Numbered from the stretch's first letter, positions 36,300-45,896 are shown. The stretch is DNA of 55,950 nucleotides from Dehalococcoidia bacterium (GCA_050011565.1 JBEKIW010000007.1:1-55950); one strand, 5' to 3'. Translations and numbers: made by a program. Notes: a model not told the origin generated them from the sequence alone.

Positions 36300-36386
36300 A
36301 TATTACGGAGTTCAACCTCACCTCCAACTTGATGGTTACTTGCCTATTAACTAAATCTATGCCAGAATGTAAGATACGCTAATATT

Positions 36387-37841
36387 ATGGCTATGATAAG
36401 TGTTGTTATACCGGCTTTAAATGAAGAGAGATTCATCGCTGAATGCCTTGAGTCCTTGAAGAATCAAGACTACCAGGGCGAATATGAAATCATAGTCGCC
36501 GATAACGGCAGCAGCGATAACACCGCTAACATTGCTCGAAGCCACGGTGTAAAGGTTATTCTTTGCCTGGAGAAAAAGAGCGTGTCCTATGCCCGGCAGG
36601 TCGGTGCCCATGCCGCTCGCGGCGACATAATCGCCCAGGCCGACGCCGACACGGTTTACCCTCGCGATTGGCTGACGAAGATAGCCGACCACTTTGCTTC
36701 GCACCCGGATGCAGCAGCTCTTACCGGCAGGTTCCTCTATAAAGACCCGCCATCGTGGGCTGGATTCGAGTATTTTTTAAGAGATTGGACAAACAGGTTG
36801 AGCGCGGCACTTTTCCACAGGCCGCTGCTGGTCTCAGGTGCTACTTTTGCATTCCGTAAGCGCGCCTTCCTGGATGTGGGCGGCTATAGCGACACTTCTT
36901 TTTCTGCCGACCAACTCGGCATTTCCCGCCGATTGAGTGAAACGGGAAAGGTTTATTATGATAGAGATTTTTATGTCTTAACTTCTTCGCGCAGCGTGAG
37001 GAAACCCCTCGCGGTGTGTATTATGGAAGCGGTGGTTCATATAGGTCGCTGGGGCGGCTATATGTGCCGCACCTACATGAATAGCTTCGAGGAATTCGCC
37101 AATAAGACAACTTTAAGGCGAGTTGCATTTAGAGTCTCCCCGGTGGCGGTAATTATCATCCTGCTTGCCTACGGGTACTTCATACCGACATCACCGGTTT
37201 TCGGAAAGGTCTACTATAAAGGAGACAATCATAATAAGGTTGTCGCCCTGACCTTCGATGACGGCCCGAATGAGCCGTATACGTCAGAAGTGCTTGATAT
37301 CCTTGATAAATACAATGTTAAGGCGACCTTTTTTTGCGTTGGTAAAAACGTGGAGCTTTATCCGGAGACCGCCAAACGTATAGTGGCTGAAGGAAATGTG
37401 CTGGGCAACCATTCATATACTCATAATGCCAATCATGCGCTTACCGAATATGGCGCCAGGGACCTGGTGGTGGCGGAAAAGGCGATATTCGATACTGTTG
37501 GAGTTGAGCCTCACCTCTATCGGCCGCCGCACGGTAAAAAGACTCCGTGGGAACTTGAAGCGGTTAGAGACCAGGGTATGATCGAGGTAACGTGGAGTGT
37601 TGCCACGGGTGAGTTGAATACGCACTCATTTGCAAGGGTAGCTGAGAGAATTGTCGACGAAACTCATCGCGGCGAAATAATACTTTTGCATGACGGCTAC
37701 GGCACGTCGCATAATTGCCGCCAGGCTGACAAAAGCCTCACCGTTGAGGCGCTGCCATTGATTATCGAGAAGCTTCAGGCCGAAGGGTACACGTTTGTCA
37801 CGGTTCCCGAGCTTCTCGATGTCCCAGCATATAATAATTAG
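36387..37841 (+). CDS. GT2 glycosyltransferase fused to a NodB polysaccharide deacetylase
   Basis: GT2 motifs ISVVIPALNEE, DNGSSD and DAD; a TM segment; then ALTFDDGP, GNHSYTH, YRPPHG and IILLHDG. Confidence 0.92.
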   Translation: MAMISVVIPALNEERFIAECLESLKNQDYQGEYEIIVADNGSSDNTANIARSHGVKVILCLEKKSVSYARQVGAHAARGDIIAQADADTVYPRDWLTKIADHFASHPDAAALTGRFLYKDPPSWAGFEYFLRDWTNRLSAALFHRPLLVSGATFAFRKRAFLDVGGYSDTSFSADQLGISRRLSETGKVYYDRDFYVLTSSRSVRKPLAVCIMEAVVHIGRWGGYMCRTYMNSFEEFANKTTLRRVAFRVSPVAVIIILLAYGYFIPTSPVFGKVYYKGDNHNKVVALTFDDGPNEPYTSEVLDILDKYNVKATFFCVGKNVELYPETAKRIVAEGNVLGNHSYTHNANHALTEYGARDLVVAEKAIFDTVGVEPHLYRPPHGKKTPWELEAVRDQGMIEVTWSVATGELNTHSFARVAERIVDETHRGEIILLHDGYGTSHNCRQADKSLTVEALPLIIEKLQAEGYTFVTVPELLDVPAYNN

Positions 37842-37849
37842 GTACCCGG

Positions 37850-38521
37850 ATGAACCTGGAAGCTCTTTTTCAACAAGCCTTTAACTTAGCCGGCACTTTT
37901 AATCCGACGCTGGTAGTTTTTCTATTCATTATCTGTTTTATCGGCGAGTTCGGTATATGTATCCCGTATCTACTTGAGACCATCTGGCTGTTATCCGGAT
38001 ACAACTTCGGCACCGGTGTAATTCCACTTATCGACCTGCTGCTATTGTGGCTGGTAGCGCAGGTCGGCCGGCAGGCAGGCGGAATAACGCTATCTTATCT
38101 CGGCAGATTCGGCAGTATGCCCATAATCAAATTTTATAATAAGCATTTTGAAGCCAACGTATCCGAGAAGCTGGCGGAGAACAATTCTACAACGGTCAGC
38201 TTCTTCCGCAGAATAAACTTTTTGTCGCCGTTTTCAGTAGCACTGGGGCGGTTGGTCTGGCTCCGCATCCCCATAACGCTGATACTTGGCGCCAAGAGGC
38301 AGTTAAAAACGCTTTCGCTGGGTATTTTGCTGGCCAGCCTGGTTTGGGACGGCATGTATATTTTCCTGGGTGCCGTGGTCGGTGCTCATTCAGCGTTGAA
38401 ACCGGCACAGATGATTATATATTCGTTGATAGGCCTGACTTTATTGTATGCAGTCAGTTTCGCTGTCCGCCATTTGTGGAAGCTTAGAATGTCTAGAAAG
38501 CGCGTCAGGGAAGAAGCCTAG
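37850..38521 (+). CDS. DedA/VTT-like membrane protein
   Basis: IGEFGICIPY..E helix, SYLGRFG, and VALGRLV.LRIPITLILG resembling the DedA motif. Confidence 0.68.
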   Translation: MNLEALFQQAFNLAGTFNPTLVVFLFIICFIGEFGICIPYLLETIWLLSGYNFGTGVIPLIDLLLLWLVAQVGRQAGGITLSYLGRFGSMPIIKFYNKHFEANVSEKLAENNSTTVSFFRRINFLSPFSVALGRLVWLRIPITLILGAKRQLKTLSLGILLASLVWDGMYIFLGAVVGAHSALKPAQMIIYSLIGLTLLYAVSFAVRHLWKLRMSRKRVREEA

Positions 38522-38604
38522 CCTCAAGCCGCCTACTTTCGGAAATCCTAAATTCTAAGCTCTAAATCCAAAACAAATTCAAAATATCAATAACTAAAAA
38601 TAAA

Positions 38605-38678
38605 TGTCATTCTGAGGGAGCTGAGCGACTGAAGAATCTAGATCCTTCCCCTTCACGTCGTTCAGGGTCGGGATGACA
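38605..38678. repeat. TGTCATT-type palindromic element with terminal inverted repeat
   Basis: TGTCATTCTGA...TCGGGATGACA; the left arm matches 21112-21147. Confidence 0.72.
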
Positions 38679-38703
38679 GTGAATGGCTCAGGGTGATAGT
38701 ACG

Positions 38704-38748
38704 GGGTTGCCCAGAGCATCCGTTCTAGTTACGATTGGAGCAGATGCT
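38704..38748 (-). repeat. Palindromic hairpin element, copy 2
   Basis: Reverse complement AGCATCTGCTCCAATCGTAACTAGAACGGATGCTCTGGGCAACCC aligns with 5905-5949. Confidence 0.7.
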
Positions 38749-38792
38749 CCAATTTACCCGAGTTTCTATATTGTTTGAGATTTTGCCGGGCG

Positions 38793-40052
38793 TCACGGTG
38801 TGGTGGGCACCGGTTCCGGCTGGTAAATCTTCTCCTCGGCAAGCTGCTCATCGGTGAGCCCGACATCGGCTTCGATATCTCTGCCCTCGATACCTCGAGC
38901 CAGAATTTCCTTGTAGTACTCATGCTGTATAATCAGGTTCATGATTTCACTGCTGCCAGTCCAGATCATGGCCAGTCTGGCTTCTCTCAGCGCCCGTTCC
39001 ACGGGAAAGACATTCGTATAGCCGATGCCGCCCAGAATCTGCATGGCGTCGTTTACCACCTCCCAGTGCGTTTGGGTGGCCAATCTCTTGACTTCAGATA
39101 CCAGCCTCCTTTGATAACCCGGAGTACCAATGCCATCATCGATTGTCTTAGCCACGGCGTAGGCTAAGGCGCTGACGGCATCTATTTTAGTTACGCAATC
39201 GGCTATTTTGAAGCTGACTCCTTCGAAATTTCTTATAGTCTGGCCGAAAGCCTGCCTCTTGTTGGCATACCTGGCGGCTATTTCCAAAATAGCCCTGGAA
39301 CCGCCGACTCCGCCGGAAAGTAGTCTTTCCGGCACCATCAACTTATAAAATATCTTGGACCCGTCGTTTTCTTTCCCCAGCAGATTCTCCTCCGGCACGG
39401 GCACATCGCGGAAGACCAGCCTGCCCGTACCAGCCCCTCGGCTGCCCATCAGGCCGTAGACATGCCTGACTTCGACGCCCATGTCTCTCTCGACGATGAA
39501 GGCGCTGATGGAGTCGCGGCCGGCCCCTGGATTGGTAACGGCGAAGACAAGGAAGAAATCGGCGCCTTCAGAGCCGACGACAAAACGTTTTTGACCTGTA
39601 AGATAGTACTTGTTGCCTTTCTTCCTGGCCACGGTGGTGGCGCCGAAGAAGTCGGAGCCGCCTCTGGGCTCGGTGAGCGCCTCACCAGCCCACTGCGTGC
39701 CCGCCAGGAGTGGTTTAAGGTATTTCACCTTTTGTGCCTCGGTGCCGAAGACATTTATGCCTTCGCCGACAATCGAGACCACCGAACAAAGGCAGGCAAA
39801 AGGTATGCCCAGTTTATTGATTTCTCCTATGGCGAGGATTTCATCCACCCATTTAAGGTCCCTGCCGCCGTACTTTTTTGGAAATCTGAGCCCGAGCAGA
39901 TTTCTCTTGCCGGCTTCCTTGACGAATTCATCGGGAAACTTGACCTTATCGGCATCCATATCGAGGATGAGCTGCCGTGGGACGCTTTTGACGAAATCCT
40001 GTACCTCGCGCTTGAATCTCTTTTGCTCTTCAGTCAAAAACACCTCTAACAT
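38793..40052 (-). CDS. Acyl-CoA dehydrogenase
   Basis: Motifs ALTEPRGGSD, GQKRFV, RQAFGQ.I, MQILGGIGY and IWTGSSEI. SD AAGGAGGA. Confidence 0.93.
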   Translation of the reverse strand: MLEVFLTEEQKRFKREVQDFVKSVPRQLILDMDADKVKFPDEFVKEAGKRNLLGLRFPKKYGGRDLKWVDEILAIGEINKLGIPFACLCSVVSIVGEGINVFGTEAQKVKYLKPLLAGTQWAGEALTEPRGGSDFFGATTVARKKGNKYYLTGQKRFVVGSEGADFFLVFAVTNPGAGRDSISAFIVERDMGVEVRHVYGLMGSRGAGTGRLVFRDVPVPEENLLGKENDGSKIFYKLMVPERLLSGGVGGSRAILEIAARYANKRQAFGQTIRNFEGVSFKIADCVTKIDAVSALAYAVAKTIDDGIGTPGYQRRLVSEVKRLATQTHWEVVNDAMQILGGIGYTNVFPVERALREARLAMIWTGSSEIMNLIIQHEYYKEILARGIEGRDIEADVGLTDEQLAEEKIYQPEPVPTTP

Positions 40053-40174
40053 TTTTCTCCTCCTTGTGTTGGCTTTAAGAATGGGTGATATTGCAGCCCT
40101 GAATCAAGATATGCTGATTCTATTCCTTTTTTAATGAAATGCCAAGATATATGGGAATGTAGATGTATTCGTGA

Positions 40175-40211
40175 TAAAAAGGCGGGGCAGACATAAAATT
40201 CCACCCCGCCA
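40175..40211 (-). terminator. Rho-independent terminator
   Basis: Minus strand GGCGGGG...CCCCGCC followed by TTTTT. Confidence 0.7.
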
Positions 40212-40346
40212 CTCTCCGGTTCTACCACACCGCTGAGATTCTAGATTGGGCACTGGCTAACGGCACAGTGAACGGTCGGAACATGTACTGCAGAATCTCT
40301 TTATGCAGTCACAATATCTATCACATGAGCCTCTGTCACGCGGGCA

Positions 40347-40727
40347 CTATGGTGATGGTTCGCACGATGGGCATCTATTATATTGATCGTAATACGGGTA
40401 TGGATAGTAATATTGGTACGGATAGTAATATGGGTATTGCTGTTGCTGTTGAGGACATTGTGGGCAGGTGGGGCATTGGGGACACAGAGCTGTGCCGGCC
40501 TGCAGTCCTTTAGCATAGCCTTCATTGTAGCCGGTTGACTGACCCTCCGTTTTGCCCGCGTTGTAGCCGTCGTTGTAACCTTCTAGTTTCCCCTTATCGT
40601 ACCATTGCTGGCAGGCCGTGGGCATTGTTCCGGGTGGAGTGCAGGCGAATCCGGCCAGGACAGCCCCGAGTACAACAAGAACAATTACAGGGAGCAAAAT
40701 ACATAATGTTTGTCTACTTATTTTCAT
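40347..40727 (-). CDS. Membrane-anchored low-complexity Cys/Tyr/Pro-rich protein (GxxxG repeats, CPxCPxCP); frame continues past TAG to 40257
   Basis: SD AAGGAGA, an N-terminal hydrophobic helix with FAC, EGYNDGYNAG repeats, CPQCPTCPQCP and YPYYYPY. Confidence 0.78.
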   Translation of the reverse strand: MKISRQTLCILLPVIVLVVLGAVLAGFACTPPGTMPTACQQWYDKGKLEGYNDGYNAGKTEGQSTGYNEGYAKGLQAGTALCPQCPTCPQCPQQQQQYPYYYPYQYYYPYPYYDQYNRCPSCEPSP

Positions 40728-40827
40728 CTGTTTCTCCTTTCTCTAGCTCCTTTTGTTATTCTAGCACATTCTGTCAATTTCATAGCGGCTTCGGGCAGAT
40801 TGGAGCATCGGCACCAGGTCATATCCC

Positions 40828-41595
40828 TCAGGTCCTGGCGACTATGGCGGCACCTAGAGCGGCGATGATTTGAGGCTGGGCTGGCACCAGGAGGTGAGTG
40901 TGCAGTTCCCGTTCCAGGGTTTTTATCAAACCGATGTTGAGTGCCCCACCGCCACAGATAGCGCATGGTTCCTCTAGTTTGATTTTCTTAGCCAGTGAAG
41001 AGATTTTGCTGGCCAATGCCTGATTGACCCCGGCGGCGATGTCCTCTTTCGGGATGCCTTCGGCGACTCTGGTGACGGCCTCCGATTCGCCGAATACAGC
41101 GCAGCCGGTACCGAAAGTAACAGGTTGTTTGGACCTAAGCGAAAGCGGGCCGAAATCCTTTAAATCTGTTCGTAGTACGTTGGCGATGACTTCGATGAAC
41201 CGGCCGCTGCCGGCAGCGCATTTTTCGCTGACGGTGAAATCGGTCACCATGCCCTGTTCGTTTACTTTTATTACTTTACTGGACTGGCCGGACACCTCGA
41301 TTGCCGTCTTGACCTGGGGGAAGACGTTGTTTATGCCTCTGGCAGTGCAGACTATTTCGCTGGCACTGCGGCTGGCAAAAGTAACATTGGCGGCACCGGT
41401 ACCGGTGGCTACAATATCGGCGATGTCATCCTGATTCAGGTTGGCCTGTTTTAAAAGTTCCCGCCTTATCGTCTCGGCGGCTGTCTGGTAATTGGCTCCG
41501 GAAAGAATTACGTGGTAGGCGGCAAGCTCGGAGTCTTTGATTATGACTCCTTTGCTATACGCGGAGCCGATATCGATGCCCATAAACCAGGTCAT
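40828..41595 (-). CDS. ATP-dependent activase subunit (BcrD/BadG/BzdP-like, ASKHA)
   Basis: Motifs GIDIGSAYSK, ATGTG, EKCAAGSGRF, CAVFGESE and AALGAA. Confidence 0.88.
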   Translation of the reverse strand: MTWFMGIDIGSAYSKGVIIKDSELAAYHVILSGANYQTAAETIRRELLKQANLNQDDIADIVATGTGAANVTFASRSASEIVCTARGINNVFPQVKTAIEVSGQSSKVIKVNEQGMVTDFTVSEKCAAGSGRFIEVIANVLRTDLKDFGPLSLRSKQPVTFGTGCAVFGESEAVTRVAEGIPKEDIAAGVNQALASKISSLAKKIKLEEPCAICGGGALNIGLIKTLERELHTHLLVPAQPQIIAALGAAIVART

Positions 41596-41695
41596 TAACA
41601 TTATTAAATCCCAAATACCAATATCCAAATTGCAAACAAAGTCAAAACTCCAATTCTCACATGTTCAAAACACTTTTTGATATTTGCATTTATTT

Positions 41696-41730
41696 GAGAT
41701 TGCCACGGCGCTTCGCGCCTCGCAATGACA
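41696..41730 (-). repeat. TGTCATTGCGAG-type palindromic repeat
   Basis: Reverse complement TGTCATTGCGAGGCGCGAAGCGCCGTGGCAATCTC is similar to 50692-50720. Confidence 0.75.
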
Positions 41731-41756
41731 ATAAATATTTAGCAAAAACCATTTTC

Positions 41757-42599
41757 TCAGTGGAAAAAGATAGCTTTGTCCAGGCGGCGTGATTTAGTGA
41801 CGATGGGCTCGCCCTGGCTGGTTGCCTTCATATAGTTTTCTTTGGCCAGTATAGCAGCTCCGAGCGCACCGGTGAGCAGCGGCTCTTCGGGAACGAGAAG
41901 CTCGCAGCCCAGGCTCTCTTTCATCGCCTTAACCATGCCGATGTTCTTGGCTACACCGCCGGTAAGCACCACGTCAGGTTCTATCTTCAACCTCCGTGCC
42001 AATGTTGCCACCCGGCTGGCCAGAGCAAGGTGGAGTCCAGCTATGATGTCTTCAACTTTTTCACCGCGGGACAGCAGAGCTACCACCTCCTGCTGAGCAA
42101 AGATGGTGCATAAGTTGCTGAGCTGGATATTCTTGGTGGATTTCAATGAAATATCGCCCATGTCTTCCAGCCGGATACCCAGGGTGGCAGCGGTGACTTC
42201 CAGAAACCTGCCGGTACCTGCGGCGCATTTATCATTCATGACGAAGTCGATTAGCTTGCCGTTATGAATCTTCAGGCACTTGGCATCCTGTCCGCCGATG
42301 TCGATAGCAGTCCTGACATTTGAGAATATGCTGGATACGCCTCTGGCATGGCAGGAAAGCTCCGTTATCTGGTCGTCAGCGAAAGGCACGTTCACCCGGC
42401 CGTAGCCGGTAGCTATAATGTAGGAGATATCATCGAGCCGCAAATTGGCTTGCTCCAGCGCCATTTTCATAACCTCGTTGGCTAGCTGGCGATGCTCAGG
42501 GCCGGTTGGTCCCTTGATAGCAGACAGTACCCTGTCGGTCGTGTCTATAAGCACGACCTTGGTCATGGTGGAACCTATATCGACGCCGGCGAAGTACAA
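41757..42599 (-). CDS. ATP-dependent activase subunit (BcrA/BadF/BzdQ/HgdC-like)
   Basis: Motifs GVDIGSTMTK, ATGYGR, ITELSCH, DIGGQDAK, MNDKCAAGTGRFLE and TGGVAKN. Confidence 0.92.
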   Translation of the reverse strand: MYFAGVDIGSTMTKVVLIDTTDRVLSAIKGPTGPEHRQLANEVMKMALEQANLRLDDISYIIATGYGRVNVPFADDQITELSCHARGVSSIFSNVRTAIDIGGQDAKCLKIHNGKLIDFVMNDKCAAGTGRFLEVTAATLGIRLEDMGDISLKSTKNIQLSNLCTIFAQQEVVALLSRGEKVEDIIAGLHLALASRVATLARRLKIEPDVVLTGGVAKNIGMVKAMKESLGCELLVPEEPLLTGALGAAILAKENYMKATSQGEPIVTKSRRLDKAIFFH

Positions 42600-42622
42600 A
42601 TTAGTTCTCCGGAGCAGTGCTA

Positions 42623-43789
42623 CTAGCTGATGGTCTCAAGGAAGGCTTCGACTCTGGTCCTTAACTGGGCCACAGCTCCCATGGTGTAGTCATATTCTAT
42701 GTAGGTGTTGGGAATACCGATGCTGTCGAAATAATCCTTAAGCGACGGCATTTCAAAAGCGAACGGATCGCAGTACCTGACGAGCAGCATTACCGCGCCA
42801 TTGATCTTCCAGTCTCTGATGATGCCTTTAAGGTAACCGAAGCGGCTTTGCAGGTCTTTGGCGTAGTCTTTTTTGGTCTCACCGAGCACAGCTTGTCTGA
42901 AGGTGCGGGCACAGGTTATTTCTTTCATGTAATAGTCAGCCAGCCCGTCTAATGGGTCTGTGGTCAGCTTTACCTTACCTCTGAAAGCTCTGATGCCGCC
43001 ACAAGTCTCATCCATGACCACATTAGCTTTATCTTCGAAAATCTGCATGATGTCGGTATCATCGAGTGTGCTGCTCCAGATAAGCAGGCGTGCCGGCTTC
43101 TTACCGGGGCCATCGCTGCGTTTCTTGACCCCGTCTATGACCTGGTTTAGAAGCTCGTTTCCTTCAGCTACGGGGAGGCTCATCAGCGCTTTTATTACCT
43201 GGACGAGTTCCGTCCCCGAGATAAGCGGCGGGACCGGCTTGGTCAGCTCGTATAATTCCTGCACCAGTGCGCGCTGCCGGTTATGAGACTTTATAGCCGA
43301 TTTAAGCTTAGCCGCCGACAGCTTCTTTCCCGTGAAAGACTCCAGCGTTTTCTTGAAATCGTTCAGCAGCGACTTGAAATACTCGATAGACTCGGGGTGG
43401 ACAGTGCTGGGCATATCCAGGAAGTGAAAATACTTATGACTGATATAGGATTCCCAGACGCGAGCTGTTTTCTCCTGCGGGTCGCAGGAATGGACAGTGA
43501 CCATGCCGTCAAGAAAATCGTATTTGCCTTTTAAGGCGCAATCGAGGCAGGTGCGCATCATAGGACAGAATGAAGTGGGCAGGGCTCTATCGGCTTCAGT
43601 GACCGGTTCTTCTATGGAACCGCACACCCGGTAGGGGACGAGGTCGAAGGCGGTCAGTATTTCCAGAGGAACATAGGCACAGGGGTAACCTATTATCTTC
43701 TTGCCAGCCTTCTTAAGTTCCTTAATTCTTTGCGTCCGGTTTAAGTAGATATCCCTGGCTCTGCTCAGTCCCTGGTTTTTATCCGGCAT
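42623..43789 (-). CDS. 2-hydroxyacyl-CoA dehydratase/benzoyl-CoA reductase subunit (HgdB/BcrC/BzdN-like)
   Basis: Motifs KIIGYPCAYVP.EI, HSCD, RYCDP and QLRTRVEAFLE. ATG 43789 follows GAGGTG. Confidence 0.88.
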   Translation of the reverse strand: MPDKNQGLSRARDIYLNRTQRIKELKKAGKKIIGYPCAYVPLEILTAFDLVPYRVCGSIEEPVTEADRALPTSFCPMMRTCLDCALKGKYDFLDGMVTVHSCDPQEKTARVWESYISHKYFHFLDMPSTVHPESIEYFKSLLNDFKKTLESFTGKKLSAAKLKSAIKSHNRQRALVQELYELTKPVPPLISGTELVQVIKALMSLPVAEGNELLNQVIDGVKKRSDGPGKKPARLLIWSSTLDDTDIMQIFEDKANVVMDETCGGIRAFRGKVKLTTDPLDGLADYYMKEITCARTFRQAVLGETKKDYAKDLQSRFGYLKGIIRDWKINGAVMLLVRYCDPFAFEMPSLKDYFDSIGIPNTYIEYDYTMGAVAQLRTRVEAFLETIS

Positions 43790-43831
43790 CGGTGGCACCT
43801 CATTTATATGTATGTATTTAAATGCTTGTTT

Positions 43832-43972
43832 CACCCTCACCCTAACCCTATCCCATTCCCCATATCCCAGCGGGAGTAAATCCTCGCTGGATGCCTGCCC
43901 ACCCTTCCTCCCCCAAGGGAGAGGGAAAAAGAATCCTCCCTCCCCTGGCGGGAGGGAGCTAGAGGGAGGGGG
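43832..43972. repeat. Composite CCCTC-type REP-like palindromes
   Basis: CACCCTCACCCTAACCC...AAGGGAGAGGGAA plus CCTCCCTCCCCTGGCGGGAGGGAG. Confidence 0.75.
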
Positions 43973-43982
43973 ATACTAAACT

Positions 43983-45326
43983 TCACCAATCGAAGCCTTC
44001 CTGTTTTCTGACCCGTCTATAGTGCTCCATGGTTTCTTCGAAAGGTTCTGCCCTGGCCAAAGCGTCTTCAGGATTGAACAGTCTGAGGTCGACGATGTCT
44101 CCTTCGATGCTCAGTGAAGGCACTTTCAATTTTTCCATCAACATGTTTGATACATAAGGCAGGTGTGTGGAGGCACTGCGGCAGCTGATAAGCGGATGAA
44201 GCATGGCACCGTCGCATCTCCATTCTCTGGCATATTTAAGATAGGGATAAGACTGTGAGCCGCCGAGCACATTTTGCCTCCGGGCGTCTTCATAATAGCC
44301 GGCAAAAAATTGGAGGCTAAACCTGGTGATTCGTTCCAGCGGGTCTTTTACCTGGCTGAGGTCAATGGGTATTGGCGGTCGGTAGCCAAAGCTCTCGACG
44401 ACGAAGTTCCAACCTCTCTCCGCCAATCTGTCGAAAAACCCCAGGCTGTGCCACGGCGGGAGCTCAGCGAACAGCAAACGGTATTTCTCCTCAGGTATGG
44501 CTCCTATATGATTATTGACCCTGTCTTTGACTTCGGCGTACATGTCTTTAAACCGCTGCAGTGAGTCCTCGAGGTCGCCGGCCAGAAACAGTGCCGCCGG
44601 CATGGCGCTCCAGAAGTCCCGGCTATGCATGGGGCATGGCCTTGCCTTCCGCAATTCATTGACTTCATGCCATACCCGGTTGACCTCAATCATCAGGTTA
44701 ACTGTTTCGTCCAGTTTATCCCAGTCCATTTTTCGGTTCAACATGCGCTCGACGAAGTCGACGAAATCTCTGAGGTGCTTGACGCCCAGGTCGACCATTC
44801 TTTCGAAGGCGCCTTCCATAAAGAATTCTTTTAGCCCTGGGCTTGGCGATTCCAATGTCCATACCGGCACGTCCATGTAACGGCCTAATGCCTGGAACCA
44901 CTTGTACCTGGCGTCGCAGATAGCTGATGATGCCAGAAGAAATAGCGGCTTTGGCATTCCGCCCAGGGGCGCCTCCGGAGGCACCTCACCTTTGAATTCC
45001 CGCATCATCCTCGACGTATAGCCTAGACAAGTCAGGCTGTAGCCGCAGAGGTGGGTCGGATAGCCATCGGCATAAGCCTGCTCCAGGTACTGCTGAGCAA
45101 CACCGAAAGCCGCGGCCAGCGCACCGTAGTTTTCAGGATAGACCACTTCTACGTCCATGGCCTTGAGTATAGGGTCGCCATAATAAAAGTTAAGCATAGC
45201 CCAGACGGCAGGTTTACCTGCCTTGATGGCTTCGGCGCTCTTCAGATAGGTCTCATTTACCTTGGCCCGAAGCGGATACATTGTTTTCAGCCGGTTTATG
45301 ACCTTCTTTTTTTCTTCCGTAACCAT
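43983..45326 (-). CDS. 2-hydroxyacyl-CoA dehydratase/benzoyl-CoA reductase subunit (HgdA/FldB/BcrB-like)
   Basis: Motifs YPENY, LCGY, GGMPKP, ICD..YKWF, SCR and EGDIVD. SD GGAGGT before ATG 45326. Confidence 0.88.
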   Translation of the reverse strand: MVTEEKKKVINRLKTMYPLRAKVNETYLKSAEAIKAGKPAVWAMLNFYYGDPILKAMDVEVVYPENYGALAAAFGVAQQYLEQAYADGYPTHLCGYSLTCLGYTSRMMREFKGEVPPEAPLGGMPKPLFLLASSAICDARYKWFQALGRYMDVPVWTLESPSPGLKEFFMEGAFERMVDLGVKHLRDFVDFVERMLNRKMDWDKLDETVNLMIEVNRVWHEVNELRKARPCPMHSRDFWSAMPAALFLAGDLEDSLQRFKDMYAEVKDRVNNHIGAIPEEKYRLLFAELPPWHSLGFFDRLAERGWNFVVESFGYRPPIPIDLSQVKDPLERITRFSLQFFAGYYEDARRQNVLGGSQSYPYLKYAREWRCDGAMLHPLISCRSASTHLPYVSNMLMEKLKVPSLSIEGDIVDLRLFNPEDALARAEPFEETMEHYRRVRKQEGFDW

Positions 45327-45493
45327 GGTTATATTTACCTCCCGGGGATCCCAGGTTATCTTGCAGTGAAAATTAGTCGAATTATAGCACAATGGATGAT
45401 ATCGAAATTCAGGTTCAGCCCAGTCATAAATAAAATGACCCTAACATTTATGTTTTGGGATTCGGGGTAGGCCGCGAGAATAGAATATTGAGG

Positions 45494-45811
45494 TCAGCAA
45501 TAGTTAGGCTGGGGGGATTCACAGCTTGTGTCTAACAAATTGAGGTACTCTTGTAACAAATCTGCGGCAAGAGCCGTATTGTTATTTTCGAGAGCAGACA
45601 GCGTATTTTCCAGGATGCTGATTTCACGGGTGAGGTGTGCCGAGATATTGCTCAAAGAGCCGCAGCAGGGCGCCATCCCCTCGGACCGCCACAGTAGAGC
45701 CTCTTTTATCTCCAGCATCTTCCTTACGTCTCTGATGGCCTGTTGTATCTTTTTTGGGTCAGCTATTTTCTGTCTGGTAGCGCTGACGGTCTCTTTATCG
45801 ATTATCATCAT
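45494..45811 (-). CDS. Hypothetical helical protein with a CC motif
   Basis: 105-aa ORF co-oriented with its neighbours; contains APCCGS. Confidence 0.65.
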   Translation of the reverse strand: MMIIDKETVSATRQKIADPKKIQQAIRDVRKMLEIKEALLWRSEGMAPCCGSLSNISAHLTREISILENTLSALENNNTALAADLLQEYLNLLDTSCESPQPNYC

Positions 45812-45819
45812 TGGCTTTT

Positions 45820-45896
45820 CCCCCTCCCTCTAACTCCCTCCCGCCAGGGGAGGGAGGGTTGCCATTTTTTCCTCTCCCTCCAGGGGGAGAGAGAAA
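45820..45896. repeat. CCCTC-type REP-like palindromes
   Basis: 45820-45857 is the reverse complement of 43935-43972 at 37 of 38 positions. Confidence 0.78.

Noticed and set aside
26028-36300. Arsenic cluster as a mobile element
   Set aside because: No integrase, transposase, tRNA or flanking direct repeats were seen.
45440-45499. NYC-TGA ending as a possible Cys-Sec motif
   Set aside because: I found no convincing stem-loop with a G-containing apical loop after the UGA.
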